This document shows, one piece after another, positions 12,833-24,550 of a DNA stretch of 64,000 nt; the first letter of the stretch is position 1, and each line of letters opens with the position of its first letter. The notes under the pieces were generated by a model, which was given only the letters and a program-made list of their open reading frames with translations, did no database searches and was not told where the DNA came from. Location of the stretch: contig NC_058368.1 in the NCBI RefSeq assembly GCF_018350175.1, positions 120,840,001-120,904,000 on the forward strand, in the 5' to 3' direction. Origin of the DNA: Felis catus (taxonomy: Eukaryota). The translations under genes and the position numbers were made by a program.

Positions 12833-15800
12833 ATGGCAATAAATTTATATCTTTCAGTACTCACTCTAAATGTCAATGGACTCAAAGCTCCAATCAAAAG
12901 ACATAGGGTAATAGAATGGATAAGAAAATAATACCCATCTATATGCTGTTTACAAGACACCCACTTTAGACCTAAAGACCCCTACAGATTGAAAATAAGG
13001 GGATGGAGAACCATCTACCATGTGAATGGTCAACAAAAGAAAGCCAGAGTAGCCATATTTATATCAGACAATCTAGACTTTAAAATAAAGACTGTATCAA
13101 GAGATGCAGAAGGGCATTATATCATAATCAAGGGGTCTTTGGACCAAGAAGACCTAACAATTGTAAACATTTATGCACCAAATGTGATAGCACCCAAATA
13201 TAAAAATCAATTAATCAGAAACATAAACTCATCGATAGTAATACCATAATAGGAGGAGACTTCAACACCCCACTCACAGCAATGGACAGATCATCTAATC
13301 AAGAATTCCACAAGGAAACAATGGCTTCAAATGACACACTTGACCAGATGGACTTAACAGATATATTCAGAACATTTCATCCTAAAGCAGCAGAATATAC
13401 ATTCTTCTCCAGTGCACTTGGAACGTTCTCCAGAATAGACCATATACTGGGACACAAATCAGTCTCAAGTAAGTACAAAAAGATCGAGATCATACTGTGC
13501 ATATTTTCAGACCACAATGCTATGAAACTCAAAATCAACCACAAGAAAAAATTTGGAAAGGTAACAAATACTTGGAGACTGAAGAACATGCTACTAAAGA
13601 ATGAATGGGCTAACCAAGCAGTTAAAGAAGAAATTAAAAAGTGTATGGAAGTCAATGAAAATGATAGCACCACAACCCAAAACCACTGGGATGCAGCAAA
13701 GGCAGTCATAAGAGGAAAGTATATAGCAATCCAGGCCTTCCTAAAGAAGGAAGAAATATCTCAGATACACAACCTAACCTTACACCTTAAGGAGCTGGAA
13801 AAAAGAACAGCAAATAAAGCCCAAAACCAGAAGAACAGGAAATAATAAAGATTAGAGCAGATTAATGCTATCAAATAAAAAAAAAAAAAACCAGTAGAAC
13901 AGATCAATGAAACCCAAAGCTGGTTCTTTGAAAGAATTAACAAAATTGATAAGCCACTAGCCAGTTTGATCAAGAAGAAAAAGGAAAGGACCCAAATAAG
14001 TAAATTCAAGAAAGAAAGAGGAGGAATCACAACCAACACAACAGAAATAAAAACAATAATAAGAGAATATTATGAGCAATTATATGCCAATAAAATGGGC
14101 CATCTGGAAGAAATGGACAAATTCCTAGAAGCATATACACTACCAAGACCGAAACAGGAAGAAATAGAAAATTTGAACACACCCATAACCTGTAAGGAAA
14201 CCGAATTAGTAATCAAAAATCTGCCAAAAAACAAAAGCCCGGGGCCAGATGGCTTCCCAGGGGAATTCTACCAAACATTTAAGGAAGAGTTAACACCTAT
14301 TCTCTTGAAACTGTTCTAAAAAATAGAAATGGAAGGAAAACTTCCAAACTCTTTCTCTGAAGCCAGCATTACCTTGATTCCAAAACCAGACAGAGACCTA
14401 AAAGGAGACTAAAAAGGTCTCCACTAAAAAGTAGAACTATAGACCAATTTCCCTGACGAACATGGATGCAAAAATCCTCAACAAGATATTAGCCAACCAG
14501 CTCCAACAATACATTAAAAAAATTATTCACCACGACCAAGTGGGATTTATATCTGGGATGCAGGGCTGGTTCAATACCTGAAAAACAATTAACGTGATTC
14601 ATCACATCAATAAAAGAAGAGACAAGAACCATACAATCCTCTCAATAGATGCAGAGAAAGTATTTGACAAAATACAGCATCCTTTCTTGATAAAAACCCT
14701 CAAGAAAGTAGGGATAGAAGGATCATACCTCGAGATGATAAAAGCCATATATGAGCGACCCAATGCTAATATCATCCTCAATGGGGAAAAACTGAGAGCT
14801 TTCCCCGTAAGGTCAGGAACAAGACAGGGATGTCCACTCTCACCACTGTTATTCAACATAGTATTGGAAGTCTTAGCCTCTGCAATCAGACAACACAAAG
14901 AAATAAAAGACATCCAAATCGGCCAGGAGGAGGTCAAACTTTCACTCTTCACAGATGACATGATACTCTATATGGAAAACCCAAAAGATTCCACCAAAAA
15001 ACTGCTAGAACTGATTCATGAATTCAGCAAAGTTGCAGGATATAAAATCAATGCACAGAAAATGGTTGCATTCCTATACACCAACAATGAAGCGACAGAG
15101 AAATCAAGGACTTGATCCCATTTACAGTTCCACCAAAAACCATAAAATACCTAGGAATAAATCTAACCAAAGAGGTGAAAAATCTATACACTGAAAACTA
15201 TAGAAAGCTGATGAAAGAAATTGAAGAAGACACAAAAAATGGGAAAAGATTCCATGCTCCTGGATAGGAAGAACAAATATTGTTAAAATGTCGATACTAC
15301 CCAAAGCAATCTACATGTTCCACGCGATCCCATGAAAGTAACACCAACATTCTTCACAGAGCTAGAGCAAATAATCCTAAAATTTGTATGAAACCCGAAA
15401 AGACTCCAAATAGCCAAAGCAATCTTGAAAAAGAAAACCATAGCAAGAGGCATCACGATCCCAGACATCAAGCTATACTACAAAGCTGTAATCATCAAGA
15501 CAGTAAGGTACTGGCACAAGAACAGACACTCAGATCAATGGAATATAATAGAGAACCCAGAAATGGACCCACAAATGTATGGGCAACTAACCTTTGACAA
15601 AACAGGAAAGAATATCCAATTGAATAAAGACAGTTTCTTTAGCAAGTGGTGCTGGGAAAACTGGACAGTGACATGCAGAAGAATGAGCCTGGACCACTGT
15701 CTTACACTATACACAAACATAAACTCAACGTGGATGAAAGACCTCAATGTGAGACAGGAAGCCATCAAAATCCTTGAGGAGAAAGGAGGCAAAAAGCTCT

Positions 15801-16637
15801 TTGATCTTGCCCGCAGCAATTTCTTACCCAACACGTCTCAGAGGCAAGGGAAACAAAAGCAAAAATGAACTACTGAGACCTCATCAAAGTAAAAACTTCT
15901 GCACCACAAAGGAAACAATCAGCAAAACTAAAAGGCAACCGACAGAATGAGAGAAGATATTTGCAAATGACATATCAGATAAAGGGTTAGTATCCAAAAT
16001 CTACAAAGAATATATCAAACTCAACACCCAAAAAACAAATAATCCAGTGAAGAAATGGGTGAAAGACATGAATAGACACCTCGCCAAGGAAGACATCCTG
16101 ATGGCCAAGTGACACATGAAGCTCCACATCACCATCATCAGGGAAATACAAATCAAAACCACAATGAGATATCACCTGATACCTGTCAGAATGGCTAACA
16201 TTAACAACTTAGGCAACAACAGATGTTGACGAGGATGTAGAGAAAGCAGATCTCTTTTGCATTGCTGGTGGCAATGAAAGCTGGTGCAGCCACTCTGGAA
16301 AACAGTATGGAGCTTCCTCAAAAAACTAAGAATAGAACTACCCTATGACCCAGCAATTGCACTACTAGGCATTTATCCAAGGGATACAGGTGTGCTGTTT
16401 GGAAGGGACACATGCACCTCCATGTTTATAGCAGCACTATCTACAATAGCCAAAGTATGGAAACAGCCCAAATTTCCATTGATGGATGAATGGATAAAGA
16501 AGATGTGGTATATATATACAATGGAGTATTACTCGGCAATCAAAAAGAATGAAATCTTGCCATTTGCAACTACGTGGATGGAACTAGAAGGTATTATGCT
16601 AAGTGAAATTAGTCAGAGAAAGACAAAAATCGTATGA
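12833..16637 (+). pseudogene. L1 ORF2p remnant (APE endonuclease, reverse transcriptase, C-terminal domain), disrupted
   Basis: ATG at 12833 reads MAINLYLSVLTLNVNGLKAPIKR then a stop after ~32 codons. Later fragments contain GDFNTPL, YTFFS, SRIDH, SDHNA (EN), [31 protein letters not shown] (RT, normally FADDM) and KKMWYIYTMEYY, split across frames by many stops and frameshifts. Confidence 0.96.
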
Positions 16638-16889
16638 GGACTTTAAGAGACAAAAAAATGAACATAAGGGAAGGGAAACAAAAATAATATAAAAACAGGG
16701 AGGCGGACAAAAGAGACTTATGAATATGGAGAACGAACTGAGGGTTGTTGGAGGGGTTGTGGAAGGGGGGATGGGTTAAATGGGTAAGGGGCATTAAGGA
16801 ATCTACTCCTGAAATCATTGCTTCACTATATACTAACTAATTTGGATGTAAATTTTAAAAAATAAAAAATAAAGTCAAATTAAAAAAAA

Positions 16890-17137
16890 TAGGTGAAAGG
16901 TATTAAGAAGTACAAACTTACAGTTTTTAAAAAAAATAAGTCACAGGATATGAAGTACAGTATAGAGAATAGACTCGATATTATTGTAGTAACTCAGTGT
17001 GATGACAGATGATAACAGACTTACCTTAGTGAACATTTCATGCTGTATATAAATGTTGAATCACTATGTTGTAAACCTGAAACTAATACTATATTGTATT
17101 TCAGCTATATTTCAATAAAAAATTCAAAAATTTTAAA
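16890..17137 (+). mobile_element. 3' end of an older L1 (L1MA/L1_Carn-like) with its own AATAAA and A-rich tail; candidate 3'-transduced tag
   Basis: AGGTGAAAGGTATTAAGAAGTACAAACTT...GAATCACTATGTTGTAAACCTGAAACTAAT...TTCAATAAAAAA; lies inside the TSD of the large L1. Confidence 0.8.
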
Positions 17138-17434
17138 AAAATATATTGATAGAACAAGAGAGGCAGAGTAGACAGAGAACTGGTGGTCAGTTGTTTAGTA
17201 CGCATCCCTGTTCCAATCGTCAGAGCTGTGTTTTAGTGAGTACTGCCTCAAATCTAGGGGTTGTGAACAGGGAAAACAATGGTATATAAGTCTAGGCAAA
17301 CTATGTCGAGGCAGGAAAAATGTTATGGTCTTTGGAATTTTTCATACTGAATAGCAAATAACTGGCATCTAGTAGATAGTAAATATTCTCCTTGGTGAGT
17401 CATTGGACATTTTTGAATATTTTTGAAAATGTCA

Positions 17435-17597
17435 AGATACATCAGAATCTCTTGTGGAACTTTTTAAAATTCAGAGTTCATAGTCTACTGTCATAGGAAC
17501 AGATCAGTAGGTCTGATTAGGGCCCCAGGAATATGCATTACGTGACATAAATTTGATACATGTGGTCCATGGATGATAACTTTGTTGGACACTGTTC
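17435..17597. mobile_element. MER5-like hAT-Charlie DNA transposon remnant
   Basis: CATCAGAATCTCTTGTGGAACTTTTTAAAAT...CAGTAGGTCTG...GGCCCCAGGAATATGCATT. Confidence 0.55.
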
Positions 17598-18056
17598 TAA
17601 TGTGTTGGTAAATCATGTCCAGAAACCTCTGTTGTTGTGAATTCTGACATGGAGCTCCTTTTGGGTCTTGGACCTCTATTTCTCCATTTATATAATGGGC
17701 CAAATATTTATCTTTTTCTTATAGTCAAAAGTGAATTTGAAGGTTAATAAGATAACTTTGGAAATAAGCTTTGATCTTTATTCCTCAGTGCCGTAAATAT
17801 GAAAGATGGTGTTAATATGTATCTGGACAGCTTCTATATTGATTGAACATCAAATCCATCATTGCTTCATACTATTTCCTGATGATAACCCCAAAATTAA
17901 TAAGACCTTATCAGTGTTTTATTGTCAGCTTTCAGGAACTATAAATGTAACTCTTAAATCATTGCTACTTATTCTGAGTAAAGTCATTACACAGGGAATA
18001 GAGGAAAGTTCTTTGGAGGTTAAACAAAATGCTATCTGTAACTGCCTGGTTTTTAA

Positions 18057-18264
18057 ATTTTTTTAAGTTTATTCATTTATTTTCATAGAGGAGAGAATGA
18101 GAGGGGGAGGGGCAGAGAGAGAGGGAGAGAGTCCCTCTCCCAAGAAGGTTCCACACTGTCAACACAGAGCCCAATGTGGGACTCACACTCACAAACCATG
18201 AGATCATGACTTGAGCCAAGATCAAGAGTTAGACATGCAACCAATTGAGCCATGCAGACACCCC
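18057..18264 (-). mobile_element. Can-SINE with 19-bp TSD
   Basis: Antisense SINE body; exact direct repeat GTAACTGCCTGGTTTTTAA at 18038-18056 and 18266-18284. Confidence 0.96.
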
Positions 18265-18559
18265 AGTAACTGCCTGGTTTTTAAGAAAATAAGCATTTCT
18301 GATTATAAAAGATCCAATTTGAAGACTTCCAGCTAACAAGACAGCCTCCTTACATGCACTGTTAAGTTACAAGAGTCTGAAGTTCCTCCTTGAACTTCTA
18401 TGACAGCAATGGTGACTGCTAAGTCTCCTTCACTGGTTCTTCCATTTTGCTTTAGTATATTTCATGGTTTTAGCCTTATTCTTGGCCACGTCCATCATGT
18501 CCTTTCCTTTAGCTGGAATATATTTACAATTCATGCTCATATATCTACCTCTTGCTTGG

Positions 18560-19360
18560 AAATTTGAGTTTAAGAGAAATTTCCAATTACTTCTGGGAGT
18601 TTCCATTTGTGTAGCAAATAGACTGCTCACATTTAGCAAGTCCCAAACTTGGGCTTATTGTTTTCTCCCCTCATGGATGGAACTGGAGAGTTTTATGCTA
18701 AGTGAAATAAGTCATACAGAGAAAGACAGATACCATATGTTTTATCTCTTATGTGGATCCTGAGAAAATTAACAGAAGACCATGGGGGAAGGGAAGGGAA
18801 AAAAAAAGGTTAGAGAGGTAGGGAGCCAAACCACAAGAGACTCTTAAAAACTGAGAACAAACTGAGGGTTGATGGGGGGTGGGAGGGAGGGGAAGGTGGG
18901 TGATGGGTATTGAGGAGGGCACCTGTTGGGATGAGCACTGGGTATTGTATGGAAACCAATTTGACAACAAATTTCATATTTAAAAAAAAAAACCTATCAT
19001 TCCTTTTTAAATAACATTCCTTTATTTGTAAAGTTACCAGCATCCACCAGACACTTTACAGTCATCCTTGATCCCGTTGTGCTTTTGTGTCCCTTTTTCT
19101 CCAGCCTTCTTGCTACTATCCGAGTTAAGGCCCTCACGTCTTTATCATCTCTTGTAAGGACTATTATAATATCCTAGTTTCTTTGCTTTCAAACACCAAA
19201 GCAAGAGTAATATGACTCTTCTAAAATACCAATTTGTTTGTGTCTACTTAAACACTTTAATGTTTGGTGCATATCAGCTATATTATATAAACCCAATTCT
19301 TTAATAGAGCTCATAAGTATTTTCACAATCTGGCACCATTCTGCCTTTCCAGGTTAATCA
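18560..19360 (+). mobile_element. L2 remnant split by the short L1 at 18673-18992
   Basis: Left part CTCACATTTAGCAAGTCCCAAACT...TTTTCTCCCC continues on the right as AACCT...ACCAGCATCCACCAG...AGTCATCCTTGATCCC, collinear with sense L2. Confidence 0.5.
18673..18992 (+). mobile_element. 5'-truncated felid L1 (L1_Fc-like) 3' end
   Basis: WMELESFMLSEISHTEKDRYHMF (ORF2 C-terminus), G-rich 3'UTR ...GAGGAGGGCACCTGTTGGGATGAGCACTGGG...GGAAACCAATTTGAC, poly-A. Confidence 0.93.
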
Positions 19361-20087
19361 GTTATCGCTCTTCTATTTTTTTTTTTTGAGTGACAGACAT
19401 TTTATGTGTAATGTGACTTATAATATGAGCAAGCTATTATTTATTAGTCTTGGAGTGGGAAAGTGGTACCAAGAAAAGTAACTTGTCCAAGATCACATGA
19501 GTAGCCAAGGATGGAGAACCAGGTTGGAACCAAACTGTTCAATCACCTGCTACTCTGTCTGAAGACACATTGAACCTTTACATGTGAATGTGCCTTTCTT
19601 GTTCCTGAAGCCTCTTCAGCCTGCACTGTCCAACTTCCTTGTCAAGATCTTCCATATATTGCCAGGTCCTGCTTAAAAGGCTATGTAAAGCTTATCAGAC
19701 TTCTTGCATCAGAGTTAATAGTCCCTTCTTTGAAGTTCTCTCACCATCTTGTGTATTTTGTAATTATAACATCGCTTGTGTAAGATGAGCTTCTTGATAG
19801 ATATCTACTAGATTCAAGTGAGCTCTGAAGACACTGTGTCTCAGTCATTCTTAAGTTCCTGATGTCTAGTACATAGTAAGTCATCAGAAAATGTCTTCAG
19901 AATGTAGAATTATTTTCATAATCTATTACATTATTATTGGAGAATTTAAACATTTCTAATTAAAACAGGTCTAGTTGCCAACATATGAACATCACAGCTT
20001 CTCAGTATGCTGCTCAAAGTTTACTAACAATGTGCTGTAAGCAGACATTTTCAAGAATATTAAGTAAAACTACCTAGAAAATTATTT

Positions 20088-20289
20088 TTTGAAATGTTTA
20101 TTTATTTATTTTGAGAGAGGAGAGAGAGAGAGAGAGAGAACAAGCAAGGGAGAGGCAGAGAAAGAATCCCAAGCACGCTCCATACTCAGGGCAGAGCCCG
20201 ACACAGGACTCAATCTCATGGTATGGCGGTATCATGACCTGAGCTGATATCGAGTCAGATGCTTAACCAACTGGGCCACCTAGGCTCTC
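20088..20289 (-). mobile_element. Can-SINE (older subfamily)
   Basis: Antisense SINE; TSD TAGAAA(A/G)TTATTT at 20075-20087 and 20291-20303. Confidence 0.92.
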
Positions 20290-20369
20290 ATAGAAAGTTA
20301 TTTCTGATTGGAGCATCCAGGAGCCTTGATACAGTCAATCATCTGAAACAGTCACCTGTACTGATGAGA

Positions 20370-20840
20370 CACATCTCTGTAATAAACAACAGAAAACCTG
20401 ACTCAAACTATAAAGGGTGTTTATTGCCTCATGTTATAGAATAGAACAGTAGCAGGACAAGGCTTGTTCTGGTGAGAATAAGATATAGTGTTTTTTTTTT
20501 CTTTTTTTGGTGGGTTTCCATTTTCAGTAAGCATCTCCTCTTGTGGCTCTAAGGTTACACACCTGTTCATCCATTCTAGGAGAAAAGAGTGTATTTCCCC
20601 ATTAGTCAACAGGATTCACTTTGTATCAATTTAGGTCACATCTATCCCTGATAGTCAATTGTAGTGGAAGAATGTGATTACGTGGATCCGATAGTCCTCT
20701 CCCACACCCAATAGTCAAGTATGGAGTGGCACCAGCTATTTTAAAGCAAATGGGCTGTAGGAGGAAAGGGCAGACACTTTAAGACTGAATGCTGACCCAA
20801 ATGGAAAGCAAGTGAGTGCTGGACAGCCAAAACCAGTAAA
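20370..20840 (-). mobile_element. Ancient LTR (MLT1/LTR33-like) remnant
   Basis: AACAACAGAAAACCTGACTCAAACT start and GGTCACATCTATCCCTG..CAATTGTAGTGG motifs. Confidence 0.35.
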
Positions 20841-21079
20841 ATGACTTCTAAATGACCATTATGATGATGGATCAAAAAGACAGGGAAAACATGTGGTCTT
20901 GAGGTACCATCCTTTCCAAAGATGACTCACAACTCAGCCCTGTTCCTATGGAGGAGTAAGACCCATCATCTAATGCATGTCTTTTCTATGTCATTCTGAT
21001 ATTTTAAAACAGAGATGCACTGGATATTGTCTGCTCTTTGCCATGGAAAGATAACCTTTATGGTCAGTATCAGCAAACT

Positions 21080-21400
21080 ATCTAGATTCAAGATGGGTTT
21101 GGCCAATGGGGACCTGGGAGATAGGAGGAGGGTGACATTGGGGAACTTTTTCCTTTTGCTCCCTACCCAATGGGACTTGGCTTCTGTCAAGCAGGCCTCT
21201 GTGCATACCTACTCTCTCTGGATTCTAAACCATCCTTTGTGTTTCTCAGTCTTCATGCTGTTGTTATTCCTGGGGTTCTGCGCTGCTGATTTCTCTAAAC
21301 TCTGCCTATACCTTTATAAAGATTCTTTTTTATTAAACTTGTCTCAAATTACCCAGTTGGATTATGCCATCTGTTTTCTGCCAAGACCCTCACTGATACA
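21080..21400 (+). mobile_element. ERVL LTR16-like solo LTR fragment
   Basis: 3' end ATTAAACTTGTCTCAAATTACCCAGTTGGATTATGCCATCTGTTTTCTGCCAAGACCCTCACTGATACA. Confidence 0.65.
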
Positions 21401-22389
21401 GTGGGTAATTATCTCTCTCCTAGCATATTTTCAATCACGGCAGTAACACTCTTCTAAAATAGAACTATCATGATACCAGCCAAAGGTAAATTTTCTTTAA
21501 TTAGAAGAAAGTAAAGCTTCCCCAGTCAATTTTGATCATTTTTGATTCAGTCACTGAGTTAAGGGATTTGCAACCCAGGACAAAAGCATTGGCCAGGAGG
21601 GGTATAGAGTTTTTATAGCAGTTGTTAAGGCATTGCCCCCTTTTAGTTTGCATGTTCATTTGCACATTGGACAAGATTGTTCTTGACTCATCTAGCTACA
21701 AATTATAAATAAAAATGCAAGTTTTAGTTTAGTATTTTTGTATTTCCCAATGGTTTTAGCAGGATTATTTATTTTTAATAGTATTAGTACAGTTTTTAAC
21801 TACTAAAGGAAGGATATTAATGTAGTTGGATGGTCATGACATTGGCATTTACCACTCAAATTACTAATGGAAGCTTTCATATCTCTACAACTTAATCTAA
21901 ATGGCAACCACAAAAACAGATTACCAAAAATCTTATTGACATTCTTTCAAGAATAGTAAACATTTGTTTCTTTTATTCTGGGATTCAGCTCTTTGATAAT
22001 GATTCTAGAACTTAAGACATCAGTGGTTAGGGATCTGTAGTTGGGGCCATTTGGTTGAGTGCTGACTTAATTCATTTTGATTCCTTGGTTTGCCAGTTTC
22101 TCTTTTGGAAATATTTCTCATGTTATTAAAGTTTAGAAAAGTGCTTGTGTTAATACCTTATATTTCTTTCTTTAGTGTGGGGAAACTTACAGTTTTGAAT
22201 ACTTAAAAATAACTTGTGAAATAGATTTTTGGGTCTCTTTTTTTGAGATTCTGGTTCCATAGATCCTGGTAAGCCCCATTCTTCATCTTTTTCCACTCTC
22301 CTCCATTGCTTATTAGGTTCTAGACACAAAGGCTCTTCTGTTGTTCTTCTGTCATTAAAGTTGTTCCCATCTCAGAATCTTACAGTGTA

Positions 22390-22560
22390 AACCATGAGGT
22401 TATACTGATATCACTAATTTGAGTATGCACCAGAGCGTTCATGTGCATCCCTTCCCCCTCTCCATATTTGTACTCTTCTTCTTCACCAGTGGGAAATGTA
22501 GCTTCCATTTTCCTTAATACATTTACTTAGTGCTTCATTCCCCAAATAGGCAAACTCCTT
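22390..22560 (-). mobile_element. Old L1 (L1MC/MD-like) 3'UTR fragment
   Basis: TGAGGTTATACTGATATC...CCATATTTGTACTC...CAGTGGGAAATGTAGCTTCCATT...ATTTACTTA. Confidence 0.45.
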
Positions 22561-22622
22561 ACCACTTTTGGTATGCTGTCCAATTTGGAATCCCTCACCA
22601 ACTCTATTCACCCCTATGGTGG

Positions 22623-23340
22623 TTTTTGTTTGTTTCTTTTTGTTTTTCTTTGATTTTTGTTTTTATTTATTTTTAATTTACATCCGTTAGTTATATAGTA
22701 TAATAATGATTTCAGGAGTAGATTCCTTAATGCCTCTTACTCATTTAGCCCATCCCCCTTCCCACTGCCCCTCCAATAACCCTTTCTTTGTTCTCCATAT
22801 TTAAGAGTCTCATGTTTTTGTCCCCCCTTCCTGTTTTTATATTATTTTTGTTTCCCTTCCCTTATGTTCATCTGTTTTGTATTTTAAAGTCCTCATATGA
22901 GTGAAGTCATATGATATTTGTCTTTCTCTGACTGACTGATTTCACTTAGCATAATACCCTCCAGTTCCATCCACGTAGTTGCGAATGGCAAGATTTCTTT
23001 CCTTTTGATTGCCGAGTAATACTCCATTGTATATGTATACACCACATCTTCTTTATCCATTCATCCATCGATGGACATCTGGGCTCTTTCCATACTTTGG
23101 CTATTGTTGATAGTGCTGCTATAAACATGAGGGTGCATGTGTCCCTTCAAAACAGCACACCTGTATCCCTTGGATAAATGCCTAGTAGTGCAATTGCTGG
23201 GTCGTGGGGTAGTTCTATTTTTAATTTTTGAGGAACCTCCATACTGTTTTCTAGAGTGGCTGCACCACCCTTGCGTTCCCACCAGCATTTCAAAAGAGAT
23301 CCTCTTTCTCTGCATCCTAGCCAACATCTATTGTTGCCTT
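22623..23340 (-). mobile_element. 5'-truncated felid L1 (~0.7 kb), same 3'UTR type as the full-length copy
   Basis: T-rich tail; ATTTCAGGAGTAGATTCCTTAATGCC is the reverse complement of sequence around 16790-16815; peptide MFIAALSTIAKVWKEPRCPSMDEWIKKMW. Confidence 0.95.
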
Positions 23341-23689
23341 TGTTTTTGTTTTGTTTTGTTTGTTTATATGTTTGTTTTTACTGAATTGGGAGAAAAGAAA
23401 TAAGGAAGGAAACAATTTCATCTTTTAAGATGAAGTTATAGAAATTACCTACTTTTAGGATAGACTTTAGGATTAAGCAATGAAGCGATTTATACTTTAG
23501 CTGTAAAGTAATATTCGGTGGTTATTTCTGTTTTAACATTTAATATAATATTCACTGAATGAATAAATAGCCTGAAATTAGTAATAAAAAAAATCCCCCA
23601 AATTTAGTGGAGCTGAAAACTCTAGTCTGGTAGCTAGTTGTCACTATACAACTAGTTCACGAAGAATTTGAGTAACTACTTAACTAATT

Positions 23690-24550
23690 ATTAATTAATT
23701 CAAAAAAATGGAATTTAAACAGCTTTTATGTTCAAGAAACTGTCCTAAGAGCTAAAGATAAAAGAATTAGCAAGTTAGAGTTGGTCCCTGTGGTAAGAAC
23801 ACTTGAGTCTGGCTCAGAAGACAGTGGCAATGGCAATAAAGTAGGGCAAGTGCTTTGTCACAATCGCAATAAGCAGTTTGAAAACACATTATGGGAGTGC
23901 TGAGCTACCTCTGAGAGAGTGGTCAGGAAGGTTTTCTAGAGATGACAGTCAAGCTGCAACCTCACCATGAGTACAAGTCAGCACTTGAAGACAAGGGGGA
24001 TGAGTATTTCGGGCAGAAAGAGCACAATGTGGGAAAGTGAGAGGGAACATGTTGTGTTTGTGGAATTACATGAAGTACAATGAGGTGCGTGCAAAAAGAA
24101 TGGGGGACATGGAAGAGATGTACTTGAAGCAGTCAGTAGGGTTCTTGTGGCTCTGTTATGGACCTCGGGCATTATTTAGAGTGTGCTGAAAATCGCCAAA
24201 GAATGTAACACGGGAGTGATGCAATTAGCCCTTTAGAAGCATTGCTCTGGCTTCCTGACTGAGGAGGGGGTTCAGATTGGGATGGTGGGGAGAGCGGGAA
24301 ATGTGTGGAGCAAGAGGTTGGATGCAAGCCCTGTCATCCAGGGGAGAGATGATGAAGCCGTGGCCTGGGTATAGGCCATCCCCAGGGATGGGATAGATGG
24401 AAGTAGATATCTATCAGAGATGTTTGGAGGTGGATTCAACAGAGATGATGCTCTTATATCTCTTGTGTCCAGAAATGCTCTTCCCTGAAATAGGGAACAT
24501 GGCAAGATGAGTAGGCTGAGGTGGGGAGGATGATGAAGGAGAGAAGTTCA
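23690..24550 (-). mobile_element. L2 LINE remnant
   Basis: GAGTGGTCAGGAAGGTTTTCTAGAGATGACA...GGCAGAAAGAGCACAATGTG...CCCTGTCATCCAGGGGAGAGATGATG. Confidence 0.6.

Larger units (their letters stand above)
9699..16889 (+). mobile_element. Full-length, inactivated felid LINE-1
   Basis: 5' start GGGAGGAACCAAGATGGCAG, ~2.1 kb 5'UTR, ORF1 and ORF2 remnants in order, G-rich 3'UTR, AATAAA and A-tail at ~16857-16889; TT|AAAA endonuclease site at 9682-9687. Confidence 0.97.

Noticed and set aside
12989..16637. Endonuclease and reverse transcriptase ORFs as an active or domesticated gene
   Set aside because: Fragmented by many stops and frameshifts, with the FADD motif changed to FTDD (consistent with CpG decay); an ordinary dead L1
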